This document shows positions 9,801 to 21,694 of a DNA stretch of 64,000 nt, in pieces (position 1 is the stretch's first letter; each line of letters starts with the position of its first letter). Source of the DNA: Magallana gigas (lineage: Eukaryota); assembly GCF_963853765.1 (NCBI RefSeq), contig NC_088854.1, forward strand, positions 44,578,001 through 44,642,000, in the 5' to 3' direction. The notes under the pieces were generated by a model. It saw nothing but the letters and a program-made list of their open reading frames with translations. It did no database searches and was not told where the DNA came from. The position numbers and the translations under genes were made by a program.

Positions 9801-12301
9801 TGATGTTTAGGACCATAACCTATCATTTAATAAAGAAAAAATCCAAATAGTTTAGCTTTAAGATTTTAACATTTTCCTATATCTTTCTACAGAGCTCTTT
9901 GTATAATGGGGGAAACATAGCCTAAAAATGGCCACGACCAGCCAGCTCTCTTAATGCCAAAAACTTAACAAAACTCTTTTTATATATATAAAAAGCAACA
10001 GATATAAGGTTTTACATTATGTTGTGTTGTACAGTACGGCGCATCTTATCCAAAAAACCGACTTTAAAAAAATTTCCGATCGGAATCGGTATTTTTGTAC
10101 TACTCATGAATGTATAAACTTTCAGAAAATTACTAATTTCTCAATAAAATAAATCTAATTATTTCATTAAAATGATTAATTACCTATAACCCATAGATAT
10201 TTACATCACAACGTGTTACGGTGTTCAGCCTTCTATACTATTATGCATGCGTATTTACTGTAAACAAAATACATGCAGGGCTCGCGAAGATTTTCCTGGA
10301 CATGTTTGTTGATAGAAATATGTACTTCTCCCAGGTAATAAATGTTTAAAGTTTTTAAATAACCACAATTATTATTTTGTAAGCATGTATTTTGCGTGAT
10401 AATCACAAGGTTTGCTAAAACCTAAATTCATTTTTGTAAGTGAGGCCCCCTGAGGGGTTGTTTGACATATTTATGACATATGTAGGTTCATTTTAAAATG
10501 AACCGAAATGAGTAAACCATTAATAAATTATCGAGAAAGTGATGATGTGTTCCGTTTAGAGAGTCCCTTTTACCTCGTATACCATGATTACTGTAGTCAA
10601 ACGAAGATCTTAAAGTTTTCAGTACGTGTCAATTCACGTGGTACAAAAAAACGATATAAGATTATTCCGTTTTGTACGACCTTTAAATTTCCGGAAACTC
10701 ATAATTACGTTACTTAGGTGTGTGAAAGGGATTTTTATGTATTTCAACAATTATAATCAACGTTATTTCTAATTTCCTAATGATACAATAGGTAAATCTG
10801 AATTTATTCACACATGTGTTTTCAGCTGTATTGTCTCTTAAAAGAATATGACACCCTATTTTGAGACAAAGCTAGAACCAAAATGTGCAATTTTTCCCTC
10901 AACATGGTTGTAGAGTGGACACCAAAGAATATCTTTTATATTTTTCAAGATTTTTAGATATAATGTTTAAGTCTGTCACTGTGCAGTTCTTAGTGATTAA
11001 AAAGGCATTATCTTGTACTTGTGTGCACGACAAGACATAGTTAACATCATGTAAAACCTCCTAGTTTGTTTCTTTATCTTTTAGAAACAATTTTGGTTAG
11101 TGTTTGGCTTTAACAAGCCAGTTTAAGAAATTTTTACAATTATGGTCCTAATATGTACAAGATAAACCGAAATCTCACTTAAACACTAATTTGTATTTTG
11201 TTAAAGTCTTGTTCTTTTTTCTGATTTGTTTTCAATATTAATATTATTCTTCATTTACAGATGCGCCAAGGTCTAAAAGAACTTAGAAACAAAGTGTGCC
11301 TCGCTTTTCTGTTAATGAATGCACTCTTCGTTACCATTGTTTACGTCTTAACAGAGGTTAACGCAAGTTTTAACCATGCACTTTCCATAAAACTTCCGTG
11401 TACTGTCTCAGAAGGACCACCTGGTCGAGGATATATAGAACCAATATCAATCGCCTTTACAGCAATATTTGGAATCATGTTATTTTTGCAATTTATATGT
11501 ATGCTTATGCATCGAATGTCGACATTAGTCCACATTGTTGCTTCAGTTAAGTTGGATTGGAAAAGGAAATTAGTTGCTGTTAATAATAAAGACCAGCCAG
11601 ACAATGTCGAAGTCGAAGTCGAAGATGGCTTGGAACTTGTTAAGGGACTTCAAGCCGTAAAGGAAGATGATACAATATCTATTGCCTCAACGGATACAAC
11701 GTACAGTGTTGAGTCTTATGTGCGCCCTAAACAGAAGAGCAAAATTATGTGGAAAAAATACCAAAAGCGATTGAAAAAACAAACACAACAACAACATGAC
11801 TACTGTTTACAATTTACAAACAACTTAAACAAATTCACCGAAGCATTAGAAAAAAATGATAACAAAAGCGTTAAAAAATTGTTAGAAAATAAAGTGAAGG
11901 GAAAAACGATAGCAGCAGTTAGTTCAATGCTAAAAAATGAAACAAAAATGAACGAAATCAAAATACGAGCAACGGCTCTTAATAAAAAGGAAGTTGTTAA
12001 AAGACGTTGGCAAGATTTTGGAGCAAAACTTGGGCTAAATAAAGAAGATGAAAATGATAAAAATCCCGGTAAGTTTTTCAAGGATGTCACCAAAGCTGCT
12101 TTAGCCCAAGACAGAAGGAAACGTTTAGAAGAGGGCGAGATTTCCTTAGGCGAAACAAATGTGAATAAGATAAAAAGAGAAACATCTGAGAGTAGGAGGG
12201 ACATTCCGCTTGATATTATGAAGAGGGGGACTGACGAAAAAAACTCGATTCCAAATGTTCAAAAGGAGCAAATTACATCTGTTAAAACAACCGAGTTTTA
12301 A
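1..12301 (+). CDS. CHS: Chitin synthase (GT2, metazoan type), tandem paralog 1; 5' end lies outside the window
   Basis: Exons with GT-AG boundaries and consistent phases: <1-881, 988-1084, 3685-3842, 3930-4009, 4139-4247, 6998-7142, 7344-7533, 7613-7813, 7929-8326, 8418-(gap at 8575), (gap to 8709)-8950, 9185-9348, 9433-9620, 11261-12301. Motifs CATMWHE, IRHRKRWSQ, LDGDVD, CSPGCFSLFR, QYDQGEDRW, QRRRW and SWGTRD are present. Intron positions and phases match paralog 2. No stop or frameshift in the visible exons; one intron and its exon edges are hidden in the N gap. Confidence 0.93.
1103..1648. mobile_element. TTAA-flanked non-autonomous TIR element (Kolobok-like)
   Basis: TTAA|AGTAGATCCA at the left end and TGGAGCTACC|TTAA at the right end form imperfect TIRs with purine-purine termini. 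Confidence 0.55.
2303..3104. mobile_element. TTAA-flanked MITE with ~160-bp imperfect inverted arms (Kolobok-like)
   Basis: TTAA|AGCTATACACGCTATAATTT ... AAATTATAGCGTGTATAGCT|TTAA. The arms stay alignable inward to TTTTCCTGCCAGGAAA / TTTCCTGGCAGGAAAA. Confidence 0.8.
4178..6119 (+). repeat. Near-identical ~970-bp tandem duplication
   Basis: Unit 1 is 4178-5145 and unit 2 is 5146-6115, with ACAT microhomology at the junctions. Each unit carries the 3' half of a CHS exon, its donor and part of a HINE-like element. Confidence 0.9.
5620..6640 (+). mobile_element. Helentron/HINE-like non-autonomous element with degenerate satellite-like internal repeats
   Basis: Starts TTTCTGATCAAGATTTGTCGGTTGTCTG...GTAAACTTTTCACATT, contains degenerate repeats (AACCAAAGTTGGC, CTGAAACTTGGGTGGAAG) and ends GCTCAGGTAAGCAATGTGACC. 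A 5' partial copy lies at about 4650-5145. Family assignment is from recalled oyster repeat architecture, not a database search. Confidence 0.6.
6758..6826. repeat. (TA)n microsatellite
   Basis: Perfect TA run. Confidence 0.98.
8575..8709. other. Assembly gap (135 N) inside CHS paralog 1
   Basis: N run at the position of the (TATC)n-containing intron of paralog 2. Confidence 0.99.
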
Positions 12302-13154
12302 TTTTCACATATATTTAGCTTGAATAAAAAGTTTTGGCATTATTAAAGAAATCAATCAATCACTCAAACGTTACTTATGAAAGTTTTGAAAACATTTTGA
12401 AAAATGTATAAACATTTCATATTGGTATATTAATCACTTATTATTATGTGACATTATAAATTATCAATGTTAAATGATAAAACATGATTTTGTACGGAAA
12501 GATACATTTGTATACATATTTATGCGATGGTATTTAATCAGCTGTTACGCTTAAAAATCCTTTGGAAAATAATCTCTTCACCCCTCCAAAATCCTCTGGT
12601 ATCTAACAAGTTTTCTTTTTCGTTCATGGTTGTTGTTTTGTTTTTTGTTTTTTTTACAGAATAATGAAAATCAACATTTTACTGCAACATGTTTGCCATA
12701 TATCTCCATTACGAGTTTTCTGTAAGCACAACCAGCTCATCGTCACAAAATTAAAACTAAACAAAATTTTATTATGAAAATTTTGTGAAAATAAAACATT
12801 GAATGTATTCATACAGTCAACAGATGTTCTAGATTTGATCTTGGTTACATTAGCGTTAATTATTTAAATAAAGGTCCAATACATATTTATCTTAATCTCA
12901 TCAATCGTCTTTTGTGCATCTGTAGAAGTTTTAATAAATGTCATTGATTTAATTATTTTTCCTTAATTTGAAGAAAAATTGCATAGTATAAAATGTATTG
13001 GTCATCTTCTTATGTTACTTAGTTTATTTGAAACTTGTCTATCTCTTAAATCTATCGCATTACTAAGATTGGAATGTAATAAAGCTTTAAAATCTCAAAA
13101 AAAATATTTTATCTTTACTCTGATGGCAATGGATTTTTTCAAATAGATTTAAAT

Positions 13155-13320
13155 AAACTTCTATGACGTCACCCATTGTATTTAGTCAACGTTTATTTTC
13201 ACTATTCAACCAGCAGGTGTTGGATATATAATTAAAAAACTTCTATGACGTCACCCATTGTATTTCGTCAACGTTTATTTTTACTATTCAACCAACAGTC
13301 GTTGGATATATAAATATCCT
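13155..13320. repeat. 82-bp tandem duplication, each unit containing TGACGTCA
   Basis: AAACTTCTATGACGTCACCCATTGTATTT...GTTGGATATATAA occurs twice with an 82-nt period. Confidence 0.85.
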
Positions 13321-14023
13321 ACTGATGGGCAGTTGGATATTTTTAATATCCAACCGTTCAAAATATTCAAAATATCCAACAGTGCATAAAACAAATAAAA
13401 ATGACAAAATGTTGAAACGTGTATTTCCAATATAAATCCAACATACACAGAATTCTGTCATCCATAAATGTAAATCCGATAAGCCAGGAATGAAATTTCA
13501 GCAGAAATATATCCTTTTCTTAATTTTGATAGATTTGGGATCACATATAAATCACTTCTATAAACACTTGTAGACTTCCTTTTTGAACCTTGAACCATAT
13601 CACTCCTTTTCCCTAGTTTGAACAATTTAAGGAATATTGTCGCACTACGACTTCATAAGACTCCTATCAAAATTTTTAACGAATAATCGTCTGTTGATTT
13701 TCGTCAAATTTCTGATTCATGTGATTTGTCCTTTCTCCTTGCAAGTCTAAAATATAATTCAAATGGTAGTGTAGACCTCTATATACATTGAATGTACGTT
13801 AAAAAAAATCATCATCTAAATTTAAGTCTGCTCAGTACAGCGGAATGGTTTATTTTAACATGCGCACCTGTTCACTCGTCCATGAATAAAGGGTGTGTTT
13901 GGTTAGGCTATTGTGTATGGTACTATTTGAATCATAAATGAGCTAGATCCTTTTGTATTACAGCACAGTTGGATATATGAATGGGTCAATGCTTCTTTGA
14001 GGCTCAATGGGAGAATTTTTTTA

Positions 14024-14150
14024 AGTAAGATAAATAACTCGATAGTGTTGAATAGTTTAGAGAAAACATCCCCTCCTCGGGCCTTCGGCCCTCGGAGGGA
14101 ATGTTTTCTCTAAACTATTCAACACTACCTCGTTATTTATCCATTACATA
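14024..14150. mobile_element. Short fold-back (palindromic) element
   Basis: Arms of about 45 bp (GATAAATAAC...GAGAAAACAT / ATGTTTTCTC...GTTATTTATC) around a GC-rich core CCTCGGGCCTTCGGCCCTCGG. Confidence 0.7.
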
Positions 14151-15819
14151 ATTCCTGCAATTCTATCAGATGTATTTAATTTGTTTACTTGACTTTTATA
14201 CTTTATTATATAATTTAACAAAGGCTTAAACAATGGCTGACTAATAATACATGTTTGAGTGATGAACTTCTGTTTGTTTGGTTGTTTGTTATTTTCTTGT
14301 CCTCAAAATTGCTCTTAAAGCGAAATACCGTCATAAACCCTTCGACTTCGTTACATCCGATTGCAAACATGTATCCAACGTGTAGAATTCTTTTCGTGGT
14401 CTTTTAGATTTTATACATTTATTTAATATTGATTTTAATTTGTATGTGCATATTCTGTTTGTAAATAATGCATTGATCTGTTTATTTGATGATAGTATTA
14501 TTCTGGTTTTAAAACAGTACGTAAAATTTGATAATTTTATCGCGACCGAGAAACACAGTGAGGCAAGATGTACGTCGACACAGGTGGAAATACTTTTTAT
14601 TAACTCTTTAAAATAAAATGTTAGTGTAGTGAAATTGCCTTTTACTTTTTTAATATATGCATATACTCACTTTAAATCTTCTGTTCATTTCGTCATTGAT
14701 ATTGTTTAACTTAGTAAATCATTTGCAATTCGTACAAAAGGTTAATTTAAATTTTTTAAAATACTGTTAGGATATCGTCACTTCCTTTGACAACCAGCAA
14801 CAATCCGAAACCTCTTGATCGAAACAAAACCAAACTGAAAGTGTTTAAAATATATCAAGCAAAGGTCTAATTCTCGGGTCGCAACCAGATGTCAGGATCG
14901 CCCTATTATTCTTAACATCTTGAGATTAAGGTGGAAATTAGCCACCCCGAGGGCAAAACAAGTGAATGTGCTTATTATATAAAATAGATACATTGTAGAA
15001 CTTTGGTTCAGTGTATTGTAACGGCGTAACTCATTTGATGAAAATATCAGCTGGTCATGACATATGTATACAAGTCATGAGTTGGCTAAGCTCAATTGGG
15101 GCTTTTAAATCTTTTAAATATTTTGGAATTCTTTGAGTATAATTTTGGTCCAACAATTTTCTTAACAAGTTTATAATAGCTCTGCGGATACACACGGCTA
15201 CTACATATCTTAAAACCGACCGCCTTTGACGGCCAGTAATTAATATTTTTTAATCATAAGATACAAAGCTATGCAAAGAATAACTCGAATAAATGTAAAT
15301 TGATAATTTTAACCATATATATCTTGATTTTCCCTTTTTTTAATTTGGAAGTATTTTTACGTCCAAAAATATCCAAAAAAAACTTTCCATTTTTTACCCG
15401 TGGTCGGAAACTATTAGAAAAACTGTTTGTCATTGATCTGGTCTGAAAAGTTTACTGGTAACAGTGACCCGAGTCTTGTTTACTCGAAACAAAAACTATA
15501 TGACACTGATATCATTAAATAAGCAGTCTCAAGTATCCTTATATTTTAATTGACCAAACAGATAGCAGAGATATATAGTTGATCTATTTATCTTTGATTT
15601 GACTTATCAAAAATTTACAAATTGAATAAATATACACGTATATCACGCTGATTTTAAAATCACTGTGCACATAAACCAATAGAGGAAAGATCACCTTGCA
15701 TGTATATATACTTAAGTGTTATCTGAAAAATTTGTAAACAGGAGTGGGTACAGTGTACACGGAAGAGGGCACTCTGTATCAACCTGTTTTGATTTATCAG
15801 TATCAAAAGCATTTATCGT

Positions 15820-15880
15820 AAAAACTCAACCTAGTTACTTGGACTTCATGCATTGTAGAGCAGGCTTTCTGTGACTCAAG
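15820..15880 (+). other. Probable 5' UTR exon of chitin synthase paralog 2 (start approximate)
   Basis: Strong donor CAAG|GTAAGG at 15880/15881 pairs with acceptor TTCAG| at 16255, 4 nt before the ATG. The frame running into that ATG has a TAA at 15819-15821 and no ATG after it. Confidence 0.45.
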
Positions 15881-16259
15881 GTAAGGGTGATTTTTGAAAA
15901 TAAAACTAACGACATGACACTTATTTTTCAACAAGCAAATATACATTTATATATTAAGTGTAAGTTTTCACTTTATCTAGTTAAATTTTCACTAGCGTCA
16001 TGACTTACTTTATGTTAAAGTTTATATAAAGATATTTATCGAATCATAAGACATAATTGATGATTATATCAATCGAAGAATAAAAATTATTATGTTTACA
16101 AACATCACATATAGTTTACATAATTGGAAAACATCTTGTATAATGAATTTTATAATGTATCAAAATAAGAAATTCTCGAAAAATACGTAAACAAAAAACA
16201 GTATATTAGTTAGAAATTTACTTATATATGCAAATGTCTAATTTTTGGTATTCAGTAAG

Positions 16260-19200
16260 ATGGAAATGGCATCATACCCTGGAGGATCAGTGCTTAGAAC
16301 GAAAGAAACAGAAATGATGCAAGGTTAGCTCATTTTTCTCATTTAAAAAACCTTTTTATGTGAACGGTTACAATTTGATACTGTCTCATATACAGATTAC
16401 TTCTGATCCGTATATATCCAAATGTTAAATTACGTTTATAATCGTATATAACATGTTAAAAAATGAAACGTTTAACATGCAATTGACATTTATTGATACA
16501 TTTATTTGTAAAAATGTCCATACATGTGCTTAGAAACGAAAAGGGTATCAATGAAGGTTACAAAATGATACTAGTCACCTTAAAATTAATCGTAAAAAAA
16601 CAAATGTTTAACATGCAATTGCCATTTATTGATAGGGGTGAAAATGTCCATAAATTCAATTAGCAACGAAATGGACATTGGCGGACAGAGGAACCAAGCT
16701 TATGAGGAAGATTCCTGCGACTCGATTGATTCTGCAAGTGACGATACAGACACAGAATCATCCGCTGCAGATGGTTATAGTATAGAGGAAACAAAAGAAG
16801 TCCAGTACCGCCAAACAGAACCTTCATTTAAATCACCAAATCAAGAAAGGTCTGCACTAAAGCTTATATTAGTTTCTTTAAAAATTATATTTTTAAATAT
16901 GTTTACACACATAACACATATTGTACTTCATTAAATTTATGTTTCAGGTCTGAAGCCAAGTCCTGGGATGTTTTCCGAGTAACTTCAGAAGATAATGTGT
17001 CGAGCTCTTCTATTGCATGTTGGAACGCTTGTTTTCTAATCAGCAGAATAATGTTCTCTTCTCTTCTCTTTATGTTGGTGTTTTCAACGTCAATTATATC
17101 GAAAATGACATTTCTGTTTATGACGGCCAATATATTTCCTTCTACAACCGAAAAAAATCTGAAGACTTTAAACGGAACTTTGTCGTATACTTTAAACGCT
17201 ACTGATGTGAGATGGATTTGGGGAATTCTTATTACCATTACAGCTCCCTATATGTTTACCATACTCAAATATTTGTGGGTGCTGATGTTACAGAGAACCT
17301 GGCCTATGCAGTGGAATACCTTTATAGTGGTATATTTTTTTTACAACTGAAAACGGACTGAGTTTTAAAATATAATTTCTATTTTTCAACACAGTTTCAT
17401 ATTTGGAATACAATTTAAGTTTTCTCTTTTTTTCAGGCACTTATCCTTGAATCACTTCATTCTGTAGGATTGTGCGTTTTTGTTCTAGTAGTGCTACCAA
17501 GTTTTGATCCGTTGACAGCGTGTGCCGTTTCTTTCTGTATATGCCCAATACCTGGGATACTAAAGATTGTATTTCCTTTAAGAGAACACGACGACAAAAG
17601 CAAGTTGCCAACACGTATCCATGTTGCTCGCGTTTTGAATATACTGGCTTTTGCTGGTCAGATAGCATCAATTTGTCTCTGGGCCTACTATATTTATTGC
17701 TCCAAAACCAGCAACTCTCTCGTTCTCATATCACTAGTGATTTTATCTCCATTTTTAATATCAATTTCATGGTGGGAAAACTTCATTCCGCAGTCTAGTA
17801 CAGAGAGGCTTAAAACTTCTTTAAGATACACTAAAACTGAAAGTAATGTTCCATGGGTTTTTCGCTTCAAAAAGAAAATGAGGAGGGAGAAAGTGAGAAT
17901 TGGTATCATAACCAACTTATGGAAGATAATATTGACACTTCTTGTCATGCCTGCTCTCTTATTTGGTGCAAGTTGCAAGGACGGGGATGCTTGCATTAAA
18001 ACCATTTTCTTCGAGTCAACCGAGAAAGCTGAATTGAACATTGTTTATACAAATCTCACATTTGAAACTCCTCAAAAAGATAGCTGCTATTCTTACCTTC
18101 CATTTGTTGTAGCAATCATTAACGTAATGTCCAGCGTGATTTGCTATAAATGTGCCAAATCAGCCAGCAAAATCCTTGCACAAAAATTGTCGTATGCGGT
18201 TCCGGTTGTGTTATCTACGCCGGTTGTTATTGGTTTATTTTGGGGAATATATTCAGAGTTTATAACTCTGAAAATCGCAACAGATGCTCAAACTTGTGCC
18301 ATTCCTTTGCCAGTTTGGGCAAGTAAAAACTATGATCCATCTTCAATGTTCAAGAATATCCAGTTCTCTTGGTCTGCTGTTTTAGCTGGGCTCTTTGGAT
18401 TCTTCTCCTTTTTGATGATTTCTAATCATATATGGTCACCAGACAAGGAACGATTAATTGCTACTGACCGGTAAGTCTGACATATTGAGATAAACTATTA
18501 CAGTAAGTATTCTATAATTGTGAGAATAATGTAAATGTTTTTTCTTACAGTCTTTTTGTCCGCTCATTGTATGATGGAGTGTTCCCGGATCAGTCTCTGT
18601 TTTTGAATAGAAGGAGGATTGTTAAGGAAACAAAAACAGAAAAACATGTGAGTTAAACACCGCATAAGAACATTTCAAGCTTCAAAAATTTTTCACTTTT
18701 TAAATGCATATATGTGCATTGCTTTTACAGAAAGAAATCAAAGAGCTTCCAATACCTAATGATACTGACGAAAATTCACAAAATAAAGAGTGGTCCGAAC
18801 TTAGGGAGGATGATACACCGATGATATATATGTGTGCAACAATGTGGCATGAATCAGAGGTTGAAATGGTGCAGATACTCAAGTCTATATTCAGGTAAAA
18901 CATCCATTGAAATGATTGATATTTTAGTTATATGTGATTTACAAAACAGAATACTCATAGCAACTATTTTCAATGTTTTACAGACAAGATTATGACCAAT
19001 GCGCTAGGAGAAATTTGCAATTAGGTCTTGGGGTTAAAGATCCTGATTACTATGAATTCGAAGGTATTGTTGATATAACAACTTTGTTAAATAGGCTTTC
19101 AGTTAAGAAAAAACGAGTAGTAGGTTCCGACACCTTCTTAAATTAATACGAAAAAAAGATTTCAAAGATTTAAATGTCCTTTTTAGCACATATTTTCTTT

Positions 19201-21629
19201 GATGACGCCTTTGAATCCCGACAAGACAGCAATGGAATATACAAAGTCAACAGCTATGTTAAACAACTTATCACATCAGTAGAAACTGCAGCAAGGTATT
19301 TGTTTTATATTTATTTCTTATCACAATGGCATTAGACTCATCATTATTTGTTGACAACCAATTTTAGACGGTTAAACCATGAAATACGAAAAGTATTGTC
19401 AAAATAAGAACAAAACATATAAATCCTCAAAACTTTTCTGTTAAAGTTTAAAAATTAATGCCCAAATATATTGTCAACTGATATTATTAAAACCACAGTT
19501 TAATGCAACATTTGTAGATAGATTGTTTTAAAATAAAGTTTTTAGGTTAATCCCTTTCTAGTGTAGCACACATCAACTGAATATTCAGAATCGTTACGTA
19601 ATTAGGGGACATGGTAATAATTGGCGTTGACCAAAAAACGCTATATTTTACTTTTTTAAGCTACGGTAACACCTTACATATTTTACTGATGACAAATCCA
19701 AAAAGATAATTTAGGAATAGAACATTGCTTTACATGTATATATTACATTTAATCTCCTTTGTTCTTGTGTAGATCTGTACCAGGAATATCAAAGACAATT
19801 GATTCACCTGTTCGAACAAACACGCCTTATGGAGGTAGATTAGAATGGCGACTTCCGGGTGAAAACAAACTGATTGCCCATCTCAAAGACAAAACTAAAA
19901 TCAGACATCGTAAAAGATGGAGTCAGGTAAAACATAGCAATATACTAGTACTAGCACAAGTTCTGCTGTAACAACTTTAACATGCAATTGGATTAAAATT
20001 GATAATTAGTGAAAATATTTTGAAGAGTTTTGTCGCTTCATTTATAGTGATTTAAAAATTTTAGTATTCATAGAGTGACAGTGAGAAACAAAGAAAAGTC
20101 AAACAAAAAGAGAGCAGCTGGATGGTCGGGGTTAATTTAAGACCGAATTGATCTTCTTTAGGAGAAGATTTCTGTTTAAAGATAAAGGAAAATTCTTCAA
20201 TTCAAACGCTTGAATTTATGGGATTTTTCTTCACTAAATAATAAGTTATAGGCTCCCATCATATCTTAAACTTTAGGATTTATCTAATGGGCAATTTGTT
20301 TACCAACCAGCCTCCTTAAATCTTATTTAGATAATTTCGCGTTTACAATTTTGTAGGTGATGTACATGTATTATTTTTTGGCGCATAAACTGGCAAAACT
20401 TCCTGGAAAGTCGCGGCGTCAAAAGCGAACAATTGCTGAAAACACATTCTTACTGGCACTGGACGGCGACGTCGATTTTCAACCTAATGCTGTTCAACTG
20501 TTGGTCGACAGGATGCGAAAGAACCCTAACGTCGGTGCCGCGTGTGGCCGAATCCATCCTATCGGATCGGGTAATATTCCTTTTCTATCACTTAACAATA
20601 TACCACATAGAAGTGTGAATCGTTAGTAATATTCTGTTGTTATAAATTTAAAAAGGTCCAATGGTTTGGTACCAACAATTCGAATATGCTGTTAGTCACT
20701 GGCTGCAGAAAGCAGCGGAGAACATAATGGGATGTGTGCTTTGTAGTCCGGGGTGTTTTAGTTTGTTCAGAGGTTCTGCGCTTATGGATGACAACGTCAT
20801 GGCCAAGTATACAAAAGTTCCAACTGAGCCGCATCATTATGTCCAGTACGATCAAGGTATAAATTAAAAACTTGTATTTTAAGGAATTGTTGTACCAATA
20901 ATTGACTTAGTTTAGGACATTTTTGCTCATATATTTTACTTTCTCAGGAGAAGACCGATGGCTTTGCACATTGATGTTACAACAAGGTTACAAAGTCGAG
21001 TATGTGGCTGCCAGTGATGCACTGACCTATGCTCCGGAAACTTTCAATGAATTCTACAATCAGCGAAGGAGGTGGTCTCCGTCAACCATGGCTAATATCA
21101 TAGATCTCTTAATGGACTGGAGGAATGTTACCCGAAAAAACGAAGACATAACTAAGATTTACATCTTGTATCAAATGTTTTTGATGATTTGTTCGATTCT
21201 GACTCCGGGTACAATTTTCCTAATGGTTCTTGGTGCAATAAGCATGGCTTTTCCGGCTATTCCTCCATTCGCAGGGATGATAGTAAATCTTATACCGGTG
21301 ATTGGAATGATTATATTGTGTTTTGTTGCCAAATCAAGCACACAGGTAAAAATACATTGTAATACTATGGTGCTGATTTTTAATAACAGATGTACATTTG
21401 TTCACTAATGGTTGTTTTATTTCCTTAAAGTTGGCTTATGCCGCTGTTGTGTCCACCTTCTACTCTCTTCTGATGATGGTTGTTCTTGTTGGTATACTAC
21501 TGGAGGCTGTTACAGCCGGAGTATGTTCCGTCACAACACTGTTTCTTTTGTTTGTCGTTGGAGTTTTCTTCGTTTCGGCAGTTATCCATCCACAGGTAAC
21601 AATTATCTATTTATCCATCTACTACCTAC

Positions 21630-21694
<65 letters not shown>

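Noticed and set aside
11800-12204. 134-aa antisense ORF over the CHS last exon
   Set aside because: It is the shadow of an A-rich coding strand, giving an F/L/S-rich product with no independent signals.
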